DNA of 64,000 nt. Origin: Eutreptiella sp. 'Long Island Sound 2002'. Taxonomy: Eukaryota; Protista; Euglenida. The position numbers and the translations under genes are program-made. The stretch is from contig OZ038378.1 in assembly GCA_964036045.1 (NCBI GenBank), positions 4,154,001 through 4,218,000 on the forward strand, in the 5' to 3' direction. Position 1 is the stretch's first letter, and each line of letters opens with the position of its first letter. The notes under the pieces were generated by a model. The model did no database searches and was not told where the DNA came from. It saw nothing but the letters and a program-made list of their open reading frames with translations. Below, piece by piece: positions 11,552-23,778 of the stretch.

Positions 11552-12357
11552 CAGGGACTTGCTTGAGCGGGGGGGGGGGAGGGGGGGAGGGGGTCCTGGG
11601 GGAGCCCCCCCCCCTGCCGGAACGTACCCAATCCACAGGGAACGGAAAAAATTATTGCAGAATGAACAACTCAGCGCATGGAAATGCCATGTTGTCGGCC
11701 GTAAACAAAGAAAATTCATCATTGAATGTCAATTCAGGGTTCCCACATCTCACCAATACAAAACAACCACAACAAAGCGGGACATTCACCATCTCATGCC
11801 AAATGACAGTGATCTTTCTTGTCAGTCAGAATTAGACTCACCTGGACTGGAGCCCCCATCGGTAGTGGAACTGGAACTGGAACCTGATGATGACGACGAA
11901 CCTGATTCACTGCCTGAATGGGAGACACCAGACAATTTATCAGGCAGCGCCTCATCATCCACTGGCTCCGGATCAGAGGGTACCTCGGCTTTTTTGACCG
12001 GTGATCCTATCTTTAAACCTAAAATAGAGCAGCGTGTCAATTACGTCTTCGCGTTTTGCGCGTGGCAACGGTGGGACCGGGGAGCTGAAATACACCAACA
12101 ACAAGCGTTGGGGCATGGTAGTCTGGATAACAAGGGAGATGGAGCACACATGGAGCAATATGTACACAGTGTATGGCATGCGCCGAAGGCGCCCAAAATT
12201 TTTTTCCCATGACCAAAAAATGTTCCCAAAACCCAGGTTTTCGGGTGCACTTGAGCTGAGGGGGGAGGGGGGGAGGGGGTCCAGGGGAGGGGGGGAGGGG
12301 GTCATGGGGGGAGGGGTCCCTACCCCCTGCCGGAATGAAAATTAAAGCAAGTCCCTG
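11552..12357. mobile_element. 806-bp non-autonomous TIR element with 13-bp perfect TIR and 9-bp TSD
   Basis: CAGGGACTTGCTT (11552-11564) / AAGCAAGTCCCTG (12345-12357). TSD CATGGCACC at 11543-11551 and 12358-12366. G-rich subterminal repeats in direct orientation, both ending CCCCCTGCCGGAA. Confidence 0.88.
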
Positions 12358-12582
12358 CATGGCACCCGCGCTTGAGCTTGATGATGAGGCGCTACACAAC
12401 TGTCGTTTGTTGCTCTTTGAAGATCCCGCCCTCGAAGCTCAACCCCGGCGTGTGGTACCCAAAGGTTATCTCTGCTTAGGGGGTATTTTGGGAGGTGTGT
12501 CAAAGCGAGCCCCTTACAGGTAAACACGTTGGAAAAGTAGCGTGCGGTGCCGCGCAGGCAGATACTCTCCCCTGAACTCCCA

Positions 12583-12715
12583 CACTTGAGTCTGGCCCCT
12601 GGAGTTGGGGTGATGGACTTCCACGCTTCGGTGTGGCCTCTCGAGTTAGGGTGATGCACTCCCACGCTTTGGTGTGGCCCCTTGAGTTGGGGTGATGGAC
12701 TCCCACTCTTCGGCA
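12583..12715 (-). repeat. 41-bp satellite, short inverted block (~3 units)
   Basis: GGAGTTGGGGTGATGGACTTCCACGCTTCGGTGTGGCCTCTCGAGTTAGGGTGATG... matches the satellite reverse complement. Confidence 0.85.
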
Positions 12716-13181
12716 TGATCTAACAATCTCTCTTCAATGTGATTTGCCATGCGGCAAAGGTACATCTCCTGCTGTTTTGTTGCACATGCCAGGTTAGGAA
12801 GCAGACAATTGTAGCAGGGGTACCGAGTGAGGGTGTGCCCCTCTCCCAGCAAGAAACACTGTTTGAATAAATCAACCTGCTGACAAGTGGGTGACAAAAT
12901 GCGTCCACATGCACAGACCTGGTCAGATGAGGCCGTAGGTGAGGCTGTAAATAGCCCTTCTGCAGGGCACGCTCCACGTCTGGTGGTGATTCAATGGCAT
13001 CAAGATTGTTCCATGTCATGATTTCCGTCCAACAGGACTTCAACATTTCTGAGGATATGAACTCATCAGTCCAAATCACTAACTCTCCATCGGCACTGTA
13101 CGTGGTATGTGGGCCAGAAGCACATGAGAATGGAATGGGGATGGTTGTGATTATCCAGCTAGGGACAGTCAGCTGTTTTCT

Positions 13182-13186
<5 letters not shown>

Positions 13187-13226
<40 letters not shown>
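13187..13226. repeat. (AG)20 microsatellite
   Basis: Directly read. Confidence 0.97.
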
Positions 13227-13229
<3 letters not shown>

Positions 13230-14762
13230 AAAACACTGGGAGGGAGATATGAGCAAAATGGAAATGTGAAGTGTTGCTTGCTTTTTGCTTGTTAGCTAGA
13301 TTGAAGGGAGAGAGGTGTAGTATTATACCTGTATATTCCATACTACCATGGACAATATGAACACGAAGAATGGCTGGGCTCTTCGGTTTGAGCGGCCATA
13401 CCTGAGAGTTCTTCTTCGTCTTACTCTCCCACGGCCCTCCCCTGGTGGGGTGTGTGGGCGGCCACAACCACTGTTGGTGAGGAGGTAGAGTGGAGGCCTC
13501 TGTTGTTGTATGCTAACCCCTTAGGCCACCGCGCCCCTGCCACCCTGAAAAAACACAAAATGGGCTGGTAAAAACGGAGGCGCGGTGCATGCACGGTGCG
13601 CACGATGCATGTGTTTCTCTCTAAAGGTCCATGGTGCTGAAGACAAATGTTCCTGTAGTTACAAACTAGTTGTAATGGAAAGATCGGGTTAGGTCCCAGC
13701 ACATACCCGATCCCGACCTCCTCCTTGACCATCATTTGGACAAGGATGCGCGTTCTGGGGGGACTGTGCACAGTTGACACAGGCCTATATGCATCACAAA
13801 ATGTTGAAAGTTCTGCGCCCTTCAAATATCCACTGCCCGGTAGTGCCACCCCCAACTGTTTTGCCACTTTTCATATTCACATCGGAATTGAAAGCTGTGT
13901 TGGAGCAAAGGCTGCAGCATCGCGTCCACATGGACCAGCCCCCTACAAAGTCCCAGTCCCATGGGACAACAGAGGCAACACTGTGAAAGGGGACCATCAA
14001 GCCTCCCAATGCATCCCAAAATCTGCCTGATTTCCTCCCCCCATTTCCCCCCATTTCGCCCTATGTTTCCTTAGGCAATCGCCAAGTATACCCACCCCAT
14101 CACTGAAAACCACCATTTGCCACCTTTCGGGGGGTGGTTTATCACCATTGGTCGACTTACTTTTCCAAAATGACACATCTTCACCCATTTTCACCCATTT
14201 TCCCAGACATTCCCAAGTTTTAGACGGCAAGCTTCCAGTTATGGGGATTTCCGGCCTTGACAATGTCATCAGTGAGCCTCCAGCACTCTGAAATTCATCT
14301 GATTGTGTGTTCACGGTTGCACATGATTGATGATGGTACGCGGGGGGATTCCTTTCCTGAAACCGCTGCTGGAGGGGAGTGCGTTGCATCATACGTCCAG
14401 GTAAAATGAGGTTTCACTCTACAGGAAAGACAACAACGGAACGAAGTTCCCGAGTGCTTAATCGGCGGCCAGTAAATACTTCTGTTCCATAGATGGAGTC
14501 ACAGCAAGAGCACATGCAGGCACAGGCACCAATGAAGACCTGAAGTAAGTTGCCCTCAGCTTTCGTACCATCATCTGGAGATAGGGCACTGAGGCTGGCC
14601 ACTTGGGAACCCCCATACGGTGACATTGCTCTTTTTCAAGGGCAAAAGCTTCAGCATTCTCCGATAGGCCTTTATCAAACACAAACCAAGCCACGTTCCG
14701 GACTGCAATTCCTGCGCTCAAACCACGAACGACCTTCGATGCATAATCACTGTGAAGATATA

Positions 14763-15359
14763 TCAATCCATCAGACATCCTCCTGGCACCTTTGCTGAGA
14801 TTGCCAACAAGAGCAAAACTGCCACAGCAACTCCTTGCATCTTACTTCTGTTTTGCTGTGCGGACTCAGTTTCGAATTCTGCGGCGTCAACTACTTTCCA
14901 CCAAGTCCACTTTTGGTTAACTGTCCCTGGGGCTCTGTCCCACACCAACTGCTGTACTTGAGCACAGCAACTAGCACCAAGGAGCCTACACCCAACAATG
15001 GACCGGGCACGAATGCCGCTGATTGTCGACGATGCGCGGAGCATGCCGCAGCACTGAAAGTCTGGATAACGAACACACCTCAACTCTGCATTTATGTCGT
15101 CACAAATGATAGCAGTGGGTTGGTGTCGACCAGCAATTGTCTCAAGAGTTGATATAAAATGGTGAGAAGGAACTGCTTGGTGGCCTTCAAACACCAAGTC
15201 ATCAGAAAAAATGCACGTAGAAGTCTGAAGCTGATAGTCGGCTTGCAACGCTGCACGAGACTTTCCAGAGCCAGTGATTCCACATAAAAACACCAAGCAG
15301 CTTTCGCCCTGTCCCAGTATCTTCTTGGTCCATGGAAGCAGCTGTCCACCTGCAAACAT
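14763..15359 (-). pseudogene. Possible P-loop NTPase (AAA-like) fragment
   Basis: ORF contains LVFLCGITGSGKS (Walker A preceded by a hydrophobic strand) and, ~50 aa later, RHQPTAIICDD (Walker B-like). An in-frame stop lies shortly upstream and the ORF cannot be extended to a full gene. Confidence 0.4.
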
Positions 15360-15876
15360 GGCGGCGATTACATAAGGTGATGAGAGGTAACGCCAGAGTG
15401 CAAAGATGCTTGCATGTCCTCCCAGCCCCCTCTAACAAGGGCAGCTTTGCAGCTGTGTCTGTCGAAGCGTGTGCCCTGTACTTGGCGCTCTGCTGCTGTA
15501 GGTCACTGATCCACGAGCGCCCCTCCACCCCTGTACCCGAGGCACTCACACAAAACAGCAATCTCAGTGCTCATGAAAAAAAACAGTGCCGATCCAGAAG
15601 CATTGAGTCACACAGGAGTGTTGATCCAAATCAATGCACAAAGTGTTTTCCTGTGGGGAAAATGCAACTGGCACTCAGACAACCCCCCCACACACCAGCA
15701 ACCAGCATACCAAGCCTGAATGGCAACCCACCCCTCACACAGTAGGAGATATGCTACAAGACACACTTTCCCAAACACTGTTTTTCAACACAATTCCGCA
15801 GCCAAAGTCGGGCCACAGCCCTTTTACCTCGGCCTCTATGCCTGGTCCCAGGGTCGGATTGGTGGAGGTAACTGGC

Positions 15877-15970
15877 GCCTACATGGTCTACGGTGCAGCT
15901 TGACAAAAAACGTATCAGAAGATGCCTACATGGTCTACGGTGCAGCTTGACAAAAAACGTATCAGAAGAT
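15877..15970. repeat. Exact 47-bp tandem duplication
   Basis: GCCTACATGGTCTACGGTGCAGCTTGACAAAAAACGTATCAGAAGAT at 15877 and 15924. Confidence 0.95.
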
Positions 15971-17959
15971 GCTCACAAGCCGGAAAAGGCGTGCTGCAAG
16001 TTTGACCAAGTGTCATCTGGTTCAGCTGGTGTCATGAGCTAGGACTTGAGGCACAACCAGCTACGGCAGCACTAAAAGTTTCCTTGATTTCTTCCTCATG
16101 TTGCAGTGGAGTGGCACAGGGTTGCTGGTTGACAGGCATACCTGGGAACACGTGCACTGCGTCTCCTGCGTGCGGAATCTGCGACATAGGTTGATGGACC
16201 ACAGGTTCAACGGAAGGTTGGCACATCGGGGCGAATTGAGCAACCATTTTAGGCACACAAACAACCGAGAACCAACTGAGAAAGGAAAAAGTTGACAGAC
16301 ACGATCCCACACAGGTCGTAAGCAGCTGTTTCTGCACAAAAAAGCTGAGGTCAGCCAAGGAAGAGCCACACAAGTGAAACGGGAGGACTGAAAGCAAGCA
16401 GTGCAACTGCAAGCATTGAACAGGTCTAAAGGGAATGAAAGAGGTGATTAAGAGGTAAGTGCCAGTCATCTTTTTTTTGATCGAATTGGCCAAAACTGAA
16501 AGTGCCTTGGCCCGAAGGCTAAGTACAGATTTCAGCAGTGCCTGGGTTTGCGTACGGGATTCAGCTCATGGCTGGTCTCCCATGGTTTCCCTGTTGACGC
16601 AGTCATGCTTGTTGACGTAGTGTAGGATCTCATTGGTTCTTGGGGCAGCTGCTGGTGGTTGCGGTGCAGTGAGCGCGAAGTCACACCCGTGTCCCTGTCG
16701 CTGTGGCACGGCGCGCCGTGTTATCCGTGCGGGGTCGACCTCTGCCCATAGTGCAGGTGGATCTCCCATTCATTAGGGTCCCAGTGCGCTTTTTGCCGTT
16801 TCGGTAGTGGAAGCAGGGGGATCTCCCACAAGGTGGGGTCCCACTCCTCCCTAGGTCACTTGTGGTGCAGGTACAATTGCTGTCGTGTTTGTCGTGTTTC
16901 TGCTTTTTTTTTTTTGCACTGTCCGGTGCCATCGATAACTGTTCAACAGTGTGTATGGTATGTCCGGCTCTTCACGCGCATTGCCCGAGACAATACATTA
17001 GCGTTCCTTGTCGCCTACCCGCCGTCCTCACAGAGAGGGGGCATAAGGCAAGGAGTGCTCGGCGATGTGGTGGGTGCCTTCCCCTAGGCCACTCCTGCTG
17101 TGCCGCAAGATTCTGGGGCGTGGGAGCTGTCAGGGGTGGACGGGACGAGGCACCGCAGGCGCCTCCGCACTCGTACCTTCCTGCAGTGCTTGCCATCTGA
17201 TCTCAGTGCTTGTTGTCGTATTTGTCGTGTTTCTGTGTTGTAGAGTGTGTGCATTGTTTGGTATGTGTGTGTTTTGAGTCGTTGGCGGCAAGACTAGTCC
17301 AGCGCATGGCAGAGTAAGTGTTGTGTGTAGCTCCGGTGCACGTCTATTACTTCTTGTAGCCGTTGCAGGTGTCTGTGGTACCATTTATACAATAGTTGTG
17401 CTCTCAATGTGGAGAGTGAAGGTGGTTCGTTTTGTGGAATAGTAAGTCTTTCTCGTTTCAGAGACATGCTGCAGCCAGAGGTGGTGTGTACGTGTGATGC
17501 GTATCTGGTCACGTATATTTGTTGACAGTAGGGCGTGGTATGCTCGTTTTGCGCCAAGGGCGATGTCGTAGAGTGACCTCAACTCCCTGTGTGCAAGTAT
17601 AATGTACTTGTGCGTTCAACAACACTACACATGCATATTCGTTTCATTGCACGGTTTCATTTGCTCGCCGCACATGTGTTACTACGCATTTGTATAGATT
17701 ACACTCGTAGGCTTACCGTTCCCACACTTTCAGAACTAAAGCGGGGTAAAGATTGCTCCATGTGTAAAAGTCAACATATGAATTGCCGTAAATGCACTTT
17801 TTAAGTTTGAGCAAGCTTTGGCAAGCTTTTTTTTTTAATTTTTTATTTTTGGTTGGGCATATGATGCTGTTCAGGTCTGGAGGGATATTTGGTACCCGGT
17901 TTTGTTGTAAGATTGGTTGTCCATCCTTCTAAATGCCATTGTTGCCTTACCACCATCAT

Positions 17960-18690
17960 CCAACTGATACACCCCCTTGCTCTTTTTGAGCAGTCACAAG
18001 TACCACAGTCTTGGGGTCTTCCTCACTTGATGAACGGCACATGTAGTGTCCCCAAACAAGGTTTTCAAGGGTTTGGCACGCTTTTTTTGGTATTATCACT
18101 ATATGCATTGCTTTCTATATACTTTCTACCCTAAAGCGATCTTTGCCATGCTTTTTTTTAATTTCTCATTTTTAGTTGGGACTATGTTGTTGTTAAGATC
18201 TGGAGCAATCTTTGGCATGCTCCATGGCTGAAAGTGTGATTGCTACTGCTTTTAAAGGCCCTTTGTAGCTCCTGAGTTGTCCAGGAACATGCTGTTGGTT
18301 GCTTTGCTGCTTTGTCATTGAAGGAGTCCATCGATAACATATTATTGTGGGATAGCCGTTTGCCATTTTGAGGCGTACATGTTCTAGTTCTAGAACATGC
18401 CACTCTTTCTGTGCTGCAACACATGGTGAATTGCTTGCTGCTTTTCTTAGCCTAAGTGTCTTTGTGGTGGCAACATGGATCCAGTTCCCTTTCGAAAGTT
18501 CCTCCAAAGTGGAACATACGCCAGCAACATTGCATACTGCATGAAATGGGCTCCCAATGGTCATCCGTTGCATAGAGAATCCCCATGTCTGTGGCATGTG
18601 CCTGGTTCAACATGTGGCAGGCTGCATGGACCCGCCAAGAGGCCTATGGCAGGGATAAGGAGTATTGGGAAAGGGTGATGCGCAAGGGGA
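17960..18690 (-). pseudogene. Degenerate L1/Tx1-like LINE ORF2 remnant (RT C-half and post-RT region)
   Basis: Minus-strand motifs in order across frameshifts: HPFPILLIPAIGLL (~18640-18680, cf. PLSPxLFxxAI), ILYA-DD (~18560-18580), LEELSKGNWIHVATTKT (cf. SGLxVNxxKT), IPKKACQTLENLVWG (~18051-18097) and QKEQGG (~17971-17991, cf. PKxxGGL). Confidence 0.5.
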
Positions 18691-20210
18691 AGAGGTAGGG
18701 TTTCTTTTGTGCGGCTTATTTTCCTTGCAACCCACCTGCTAGATGAGTGGGATGCTGCCAAGACCCTAGGCCTTCAGCAAGGCAATTTTCATTTCTAGAC
18801 ACTTGCCATTTCACTTGGATTCCTTGCAACAGTCATAGTGATCAACTCATGCAAGCCTGGCATCCCGACACATCCGTTCATATGCAATGTATGGTCATCT
18901 TTGCAGTGTTTGCAGTCTTGCCACTCAGTCCAAAGTTTCAGATTCCTGAGACCTTGCTCAAAGACATTATTCACTGCACAAAGAGGAGTTGTTCAGCCTA
19001 GCTCAAGTTCTTCCCAGGCACTACTCAGTTGGTGCACAATTCAATCCATGAAGTGTTGTCCCCATCTTTCTACTGCTGCCTGACCCCCATCTTGTGCGGC
19101 CTGTCTCCAGAACCAAAACTACCGCACCCGTTGCCCTCCGTAGGGGTTTTCGTGCTTTGCGCGTGCGCGTGTTTCACTCAGCCACATGGCCGGTCCACAG
19201 CGAATGGGCACATGTAAGCACATGGGCACATGTTGAACTCGTTGGCATACAACTCCCAATCGAGATTGTCATTCCGAAGAACCTCTGCCCACCCTTTCCT
19301 TTGTGCTTGGCGTGCCCCTAGTATGTGGGACCCCCTCCCCCCCCCCTGAAACCCCTCTTCCTAATTGCACTCTCTCAAGGATTGATGCATGCCCTCACCC
19401 TTGAACATGTGGTCCCACCACAATTACTCCCCATCTCGGACACAGTCTTCTACTTCACCTTGAGATCATGAAGGTCCAATCTTCCCTCCTCCCACACAAG
19501 GTCAAAAGAGACGGCAACCCCCCCCCCCCCCACAAACGCCAACAACCACACCACGTCATGGTAACACCCTCCTCACCCAAATGCATGGCGATCTGGCCCA
19601 CCAAGAGAATTTGAACCTTGATATTTTGGATGTCAACACGGTGCAAGTTATTGATGAGGGAGGGCTCGCTACTTCTGTTATATGAGTGATCTTACCAACA
19701 CCAAGACCCAAGTTGCCCTCTCCGGGTGTTGGAATTTTACAAAAACAAGGCATCGTTGACCTTTGGCCCATGTTTGTTGGCTTTGTGGGGGGAACTGTGC
19801 CCAATGTTTGGGTGGCAGGGGAACATGGTTTTGCTGAGCGATTGGCAATGGGGAGGGATGCCATTGCAACCAATCCTTCCTTTCCAAAGACCACCCGACT
19901 TTGGACTCCATGGGGTGCACCGTTTGGTGCATTGTGTGGGCAGTGGGTTGGTTCGAGCTTTCATGCATCACCATGGGTGGGGAAGGGGATAAGTTTGGGT
20001 GCAACGGCTCTTGGATGACGTTAGGGTAGAGTGCCGCACAGCCACAACAACTGATTGTGAGTAGTAGAGGGGGGGGAGAAGGCCCTGCGGCTAGAGCAAG
20101 CTGCAGCGGGGGCTTGGGTGAAGGGGCAGGGTTGGGAGTGCATTGCATACCACTTGGAGGGGGGCAATATTTTGCAAGTCTCGGTGCAAACGGTCTCCGC
20201 GGGGGCGCCC

Positions 20211-22000
20211 TTGCAGTGTGCGCGTACTGTGCGCTACTTTTAGACTATGTTCCCCCCGAAGAGCCCCTTGGTACACCCCTTCCAAACGCCCCTCAATTTA
20301 GGTCACTCAAACTACCCTAGCAGAAGACAAATGCAAGCAACCTTCCCTTCACAAAGCGCTCCTAAGGACGACCTCATTGGTTGATTCATGAAACGACGCA
20401 AAATTGCGCAAAATCTCCCAAAATCACACCTGAATATGAGACAATGGCAGAGGCACCAAACACCCAAATATCATAATTACCTTGTACATAATGTCGGCGG
20501 GTGAATTCTGACCTTCAATGATTTTTTCGAATTTTCCGATCTTGATCATCATTATCATTATGCATCATCATGATCATGCACATGATGGATGACCATGTTC
20601 ATCACATTCTGCATGACGGTGACCATCCAAGGATCTTCTCCTATTGGCCAAGCCCTTGCACTGTGTGCATACTGCGCACGCAGAGGCTGGGATACTCACC
20701 CAAGAATACCTGTCACCTGTCTAGGGGGTGGGGATCCTTGAAGACCCTTTAGCCCCAAGACACAAGGCAAATGTACAAATGCAATGAAGGAATGTGGGTT
20801 GTGAGTTATCCTCGAGTGCCTTACCTTGTTGGTGAAGGTTGATATCCGATGGGCGCTTGAATCCAAAACTTCGCACTGCGTGCATGGCATTCCCATTGTC
20901 TTGGGGACGAGGTCTCTGGGCTTCAGCACTCCTCTTCATCATATTCCTTCTCTCGTTGCTCCTTCGTTGTGTGTCCATCACCTCAACTCAAGAGCTGAGG
21001 CTGCTGGTTTTGGTGCTTGTGGACAATTGGGAGCCCTCGACACCCATTGACTCCCTAGGCCGGTAACTTGCCCCTAGTATCGGAAAGTATGGGTCTCTAG
21101 TAGGGCCAGACGCCCAAATAGTTGCACTGCGCTCGCACTGCGTTAAGTGCGCCTCCTGAAACCTGCCAAAACTTTGGGCCATCAATGGAAATCCCCACAA
21201 CAACCGGATTCTCTAGTTTCAGAGGGGGGGGGGGGTTCCGCCAAATAAGCTGTGGGTTTTGCTTCTGTTCACCCTTGACCCAACCATGTCCTTCCCCACG
21301 GTAGTACTTAGGGGGAATCTTTGCACTGCGTGCTACTTTTAGACTATGTTCCCCCCGAAGAGCCCCCAAGCACACCCCTTGGAAACGCCCTTAGAATTGA
21401 GTGACCCAAACTGCCCCAGCTCAAGAAAGTTGCAAACTACCTTCCCTTCACATAACAAACATCATGCACAACTGGAAAAGCCATGAACAGCGCATTGGTC
21501 GCCACCCTCAAGAACACACAACTGTCTCTCTGTTCCATTGTCAACTAAGTACACATTGAGAATACGCAACTTGTGTGCACAACATGACACAGTTGCGGAA
21601 TCAAAGAAAAGTCACATTGTCACATGTGTGTGTGTCAATGCAATCCGTACAATATTGCAGTTCACACTTGTCACACATGGACATCTTTTCAGGGTCAGAC
21701 TTGGTGCAACAAAGGGCACAAACATCCCCATCATCACCCACAACAAAGCGTGGAATCAAAGATTGTCCCGGTTTCCTCAATAGCACCAGAAGGTTGGGGC
21801 CCAAAAGAGGGCGGAAATACTACGTCACCCCTGCATTCTCGGGGGTCCCCAAACAAAGGGGGACAAAATCAGAAGTCAAAACCTCCGCTAGGGGTCACCA
21901 TGATGCCCCTAGGGGCCCCTAGTATCTCAAAGTATGGGTCTCTAGTACGGCCAGACACCCAAATAGTTGCACTGCGCGCGCACTGCGCTTGAGGCGCCCC
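20211..22000. repeat. Dispersed repeat family present as direct partial copies
   Basis: ...GCTACTTTTAGACTATGTTCCCCCCGAAGAGCCCC...ACCTTCCCTTCACA at ~20211-20352 and ~21322-21452; CCCCTAGTATC...GTATGGGTCTCTAGTA...CCAAATAGTTGCACTGCGC at ~21071-21155 and ~21917-22000. Confidence 0.75.
21601..21740 (-). pseudogene. Isolated C-terminal zinc-finger fragment homologous to the transposase tail at 22957-23080
   Basis: GDDGDVCALCCTKSDPEKMSMCDKCELQYCTDCIDTHTCDNVTFL* aligns with GEEVDVCVLCCHKHTTTVCGECHLNYCAECIDPHTCGDKAVC*. Confidence 0.75.
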
Positions 22001-22956
22001 CTTAGAACGAAGTCCACAGGCCGTGGTGCCCCCAAAGCCTTGTGGACGGAAACGATTCTGGCCCATAGGTGGTACCAAGGAGACGTGGCACGGCTTTATT
22101 GGAGACACCGCACACTTTGGCCCTACTTCCTCAATTCCTTCACAGCCGATGGCATTCAACCCCAATTGAAGCTGGTTGTCGGTGGGGAAATCGGTGTACA
22201 CATGCAACATATTGGAACCCCACTTCGCATTTTGGCTTGCCACTCCACCCCCATAATCTCACGAACGGCTAGCTGCAATCAAGAGATTCGGTCATAGTGG
22301 CCTGTGCATTTAACCCCCGCAAGGGCAGAGTGATCCAGCCAAGTTGTTTCTGTTCATTTCTTGTGTAGTGCAGTGTGCCACCCACCTACCCGTGCATTGC
22401 TGCAAACCCACACAAAAAAAAGGCTCATCTTACTGATTGTTGTTTTCTCATAGAGGCATGTGCGTGCCTGTACTCGGGCGAAAGGTGGATCTCAGCACAC
22501 CACCCTTGTCGTCAAGGCTGCACACCAACAGACATTTGCTCCAGCAGATGTGTGCTGCCATCGTGCAATCCTTTCCTCAAATTCCTGAAATTTTGGTTAT
22601 GGTTCATATTGAACGTTCCACTTTCATACCTTGTCAGTCCTGAGACTCCGGCTCCCCTGGGAGGTGAAATTGTGCACATGGGCTCTGGCCAAGGTGGCTG
22701 AGTACCTTACTTTATAAATTTCAGGCATTGCCTCTGGGAAGGTGTTTGCCCTGCGTGCTACTTTTATTATGACTATCCTAGATTTAGCCCCCAAGCTTAC
22801 CACTGTGTAGAGAGGCCCCCCGGTAGACCAAAGCATGTGACATGTGAAGTGCAACACCATCCCTGCAAAGCACTCAACAAGGAAAGCACAGCTGAATCAC
22901 CTCCACAACTTTGTCCACTTCAATTCAGTTAATGACAATTGAACATGCAAGATGGT

Positions 22957-23570
22957 TCAACAAACAGCCTTGTCCCCGCAAGTGTGCGGATCAATACATT
23001 CCGCACAATAATTCAAATGGCATTCACCACAAACAGTTGTAGTGTGCTTGTGGCAGCACAATACACACACATCCACCTCCTCCCCAACATCATCTTGCGT
23101 GGCAGCCTCAACAAGTTCCTCTGCACTCTTCCAAACGTGAGGGGGTACATGTTCCCACGGTCCGTAGGGAGGGTAACGGACCTACCTCCGGATGCATAAC
23201 TGCATAAAATGCAACAAAACTCGTACAGATTGATGCAACTCATTGGGGCCGCCACGCCAAACGTTCCGAACCAAACCCCAATGCCACAAATGAGCGAACA
23301 ATTGCTCAATTCGGGCCCGATACCATCCATGCACATCATTATAGCACGGTTGCCGCGCGGTGAGCGCATCATTCTTCCGGCCAATGAATGGCACAATGAC
23401 ATGCAAACGGCCTTTGTAGGCCCCATCATGGCCCCCGACCTCAAAATGAAAAAACTCTCCTCGTGTTCGGGAAGGTCCATAACCATCCCATATCAACACG
23501 TTAGCGGAGGTGCCGGGGGCCAAGGGACAAATCCATATTATATTGCCCAACACATCCTATTATGGAACAA
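22957..23570 (-). pseudogene. PIF/Harbinger- or ISL2EU-like (DDE_Tnp_4/IS5-type) transposase, C-terminal half
   Basis: LGNIIWICPLAPGTSANV ... HDGAYKG (second catalytic D, DxGY-like) ... YNDVHGWYRARIEQLFAHL (N..RxxIE) ... VWRG. One in-frame TAG at 23182-23184; reading through gives VRYPPYGPWEHVPPHVW and a Cys/His finger ending at TGA 22957. N-terminus missing. Confidence 0.75.
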
Positions 23571-23778
23571 CAAACCTCCACAAACGGGCCGAAACTTGGG
23601 TTTGGGTAGTTACGGACGTACAAAACTTTGCCCTGCTCGCGCCCTGCGCGCTGACGCTCCCCCTCTGATCCTCTCAAATGAACTCTCTGGATGCCCCCCG
23701 AAGGGGAAGCCCTATTGTGAAACACAAGATCCGTGGAATGCACCCAAAATCTTCCGCTTTCATGACATCCCTGCAAAT

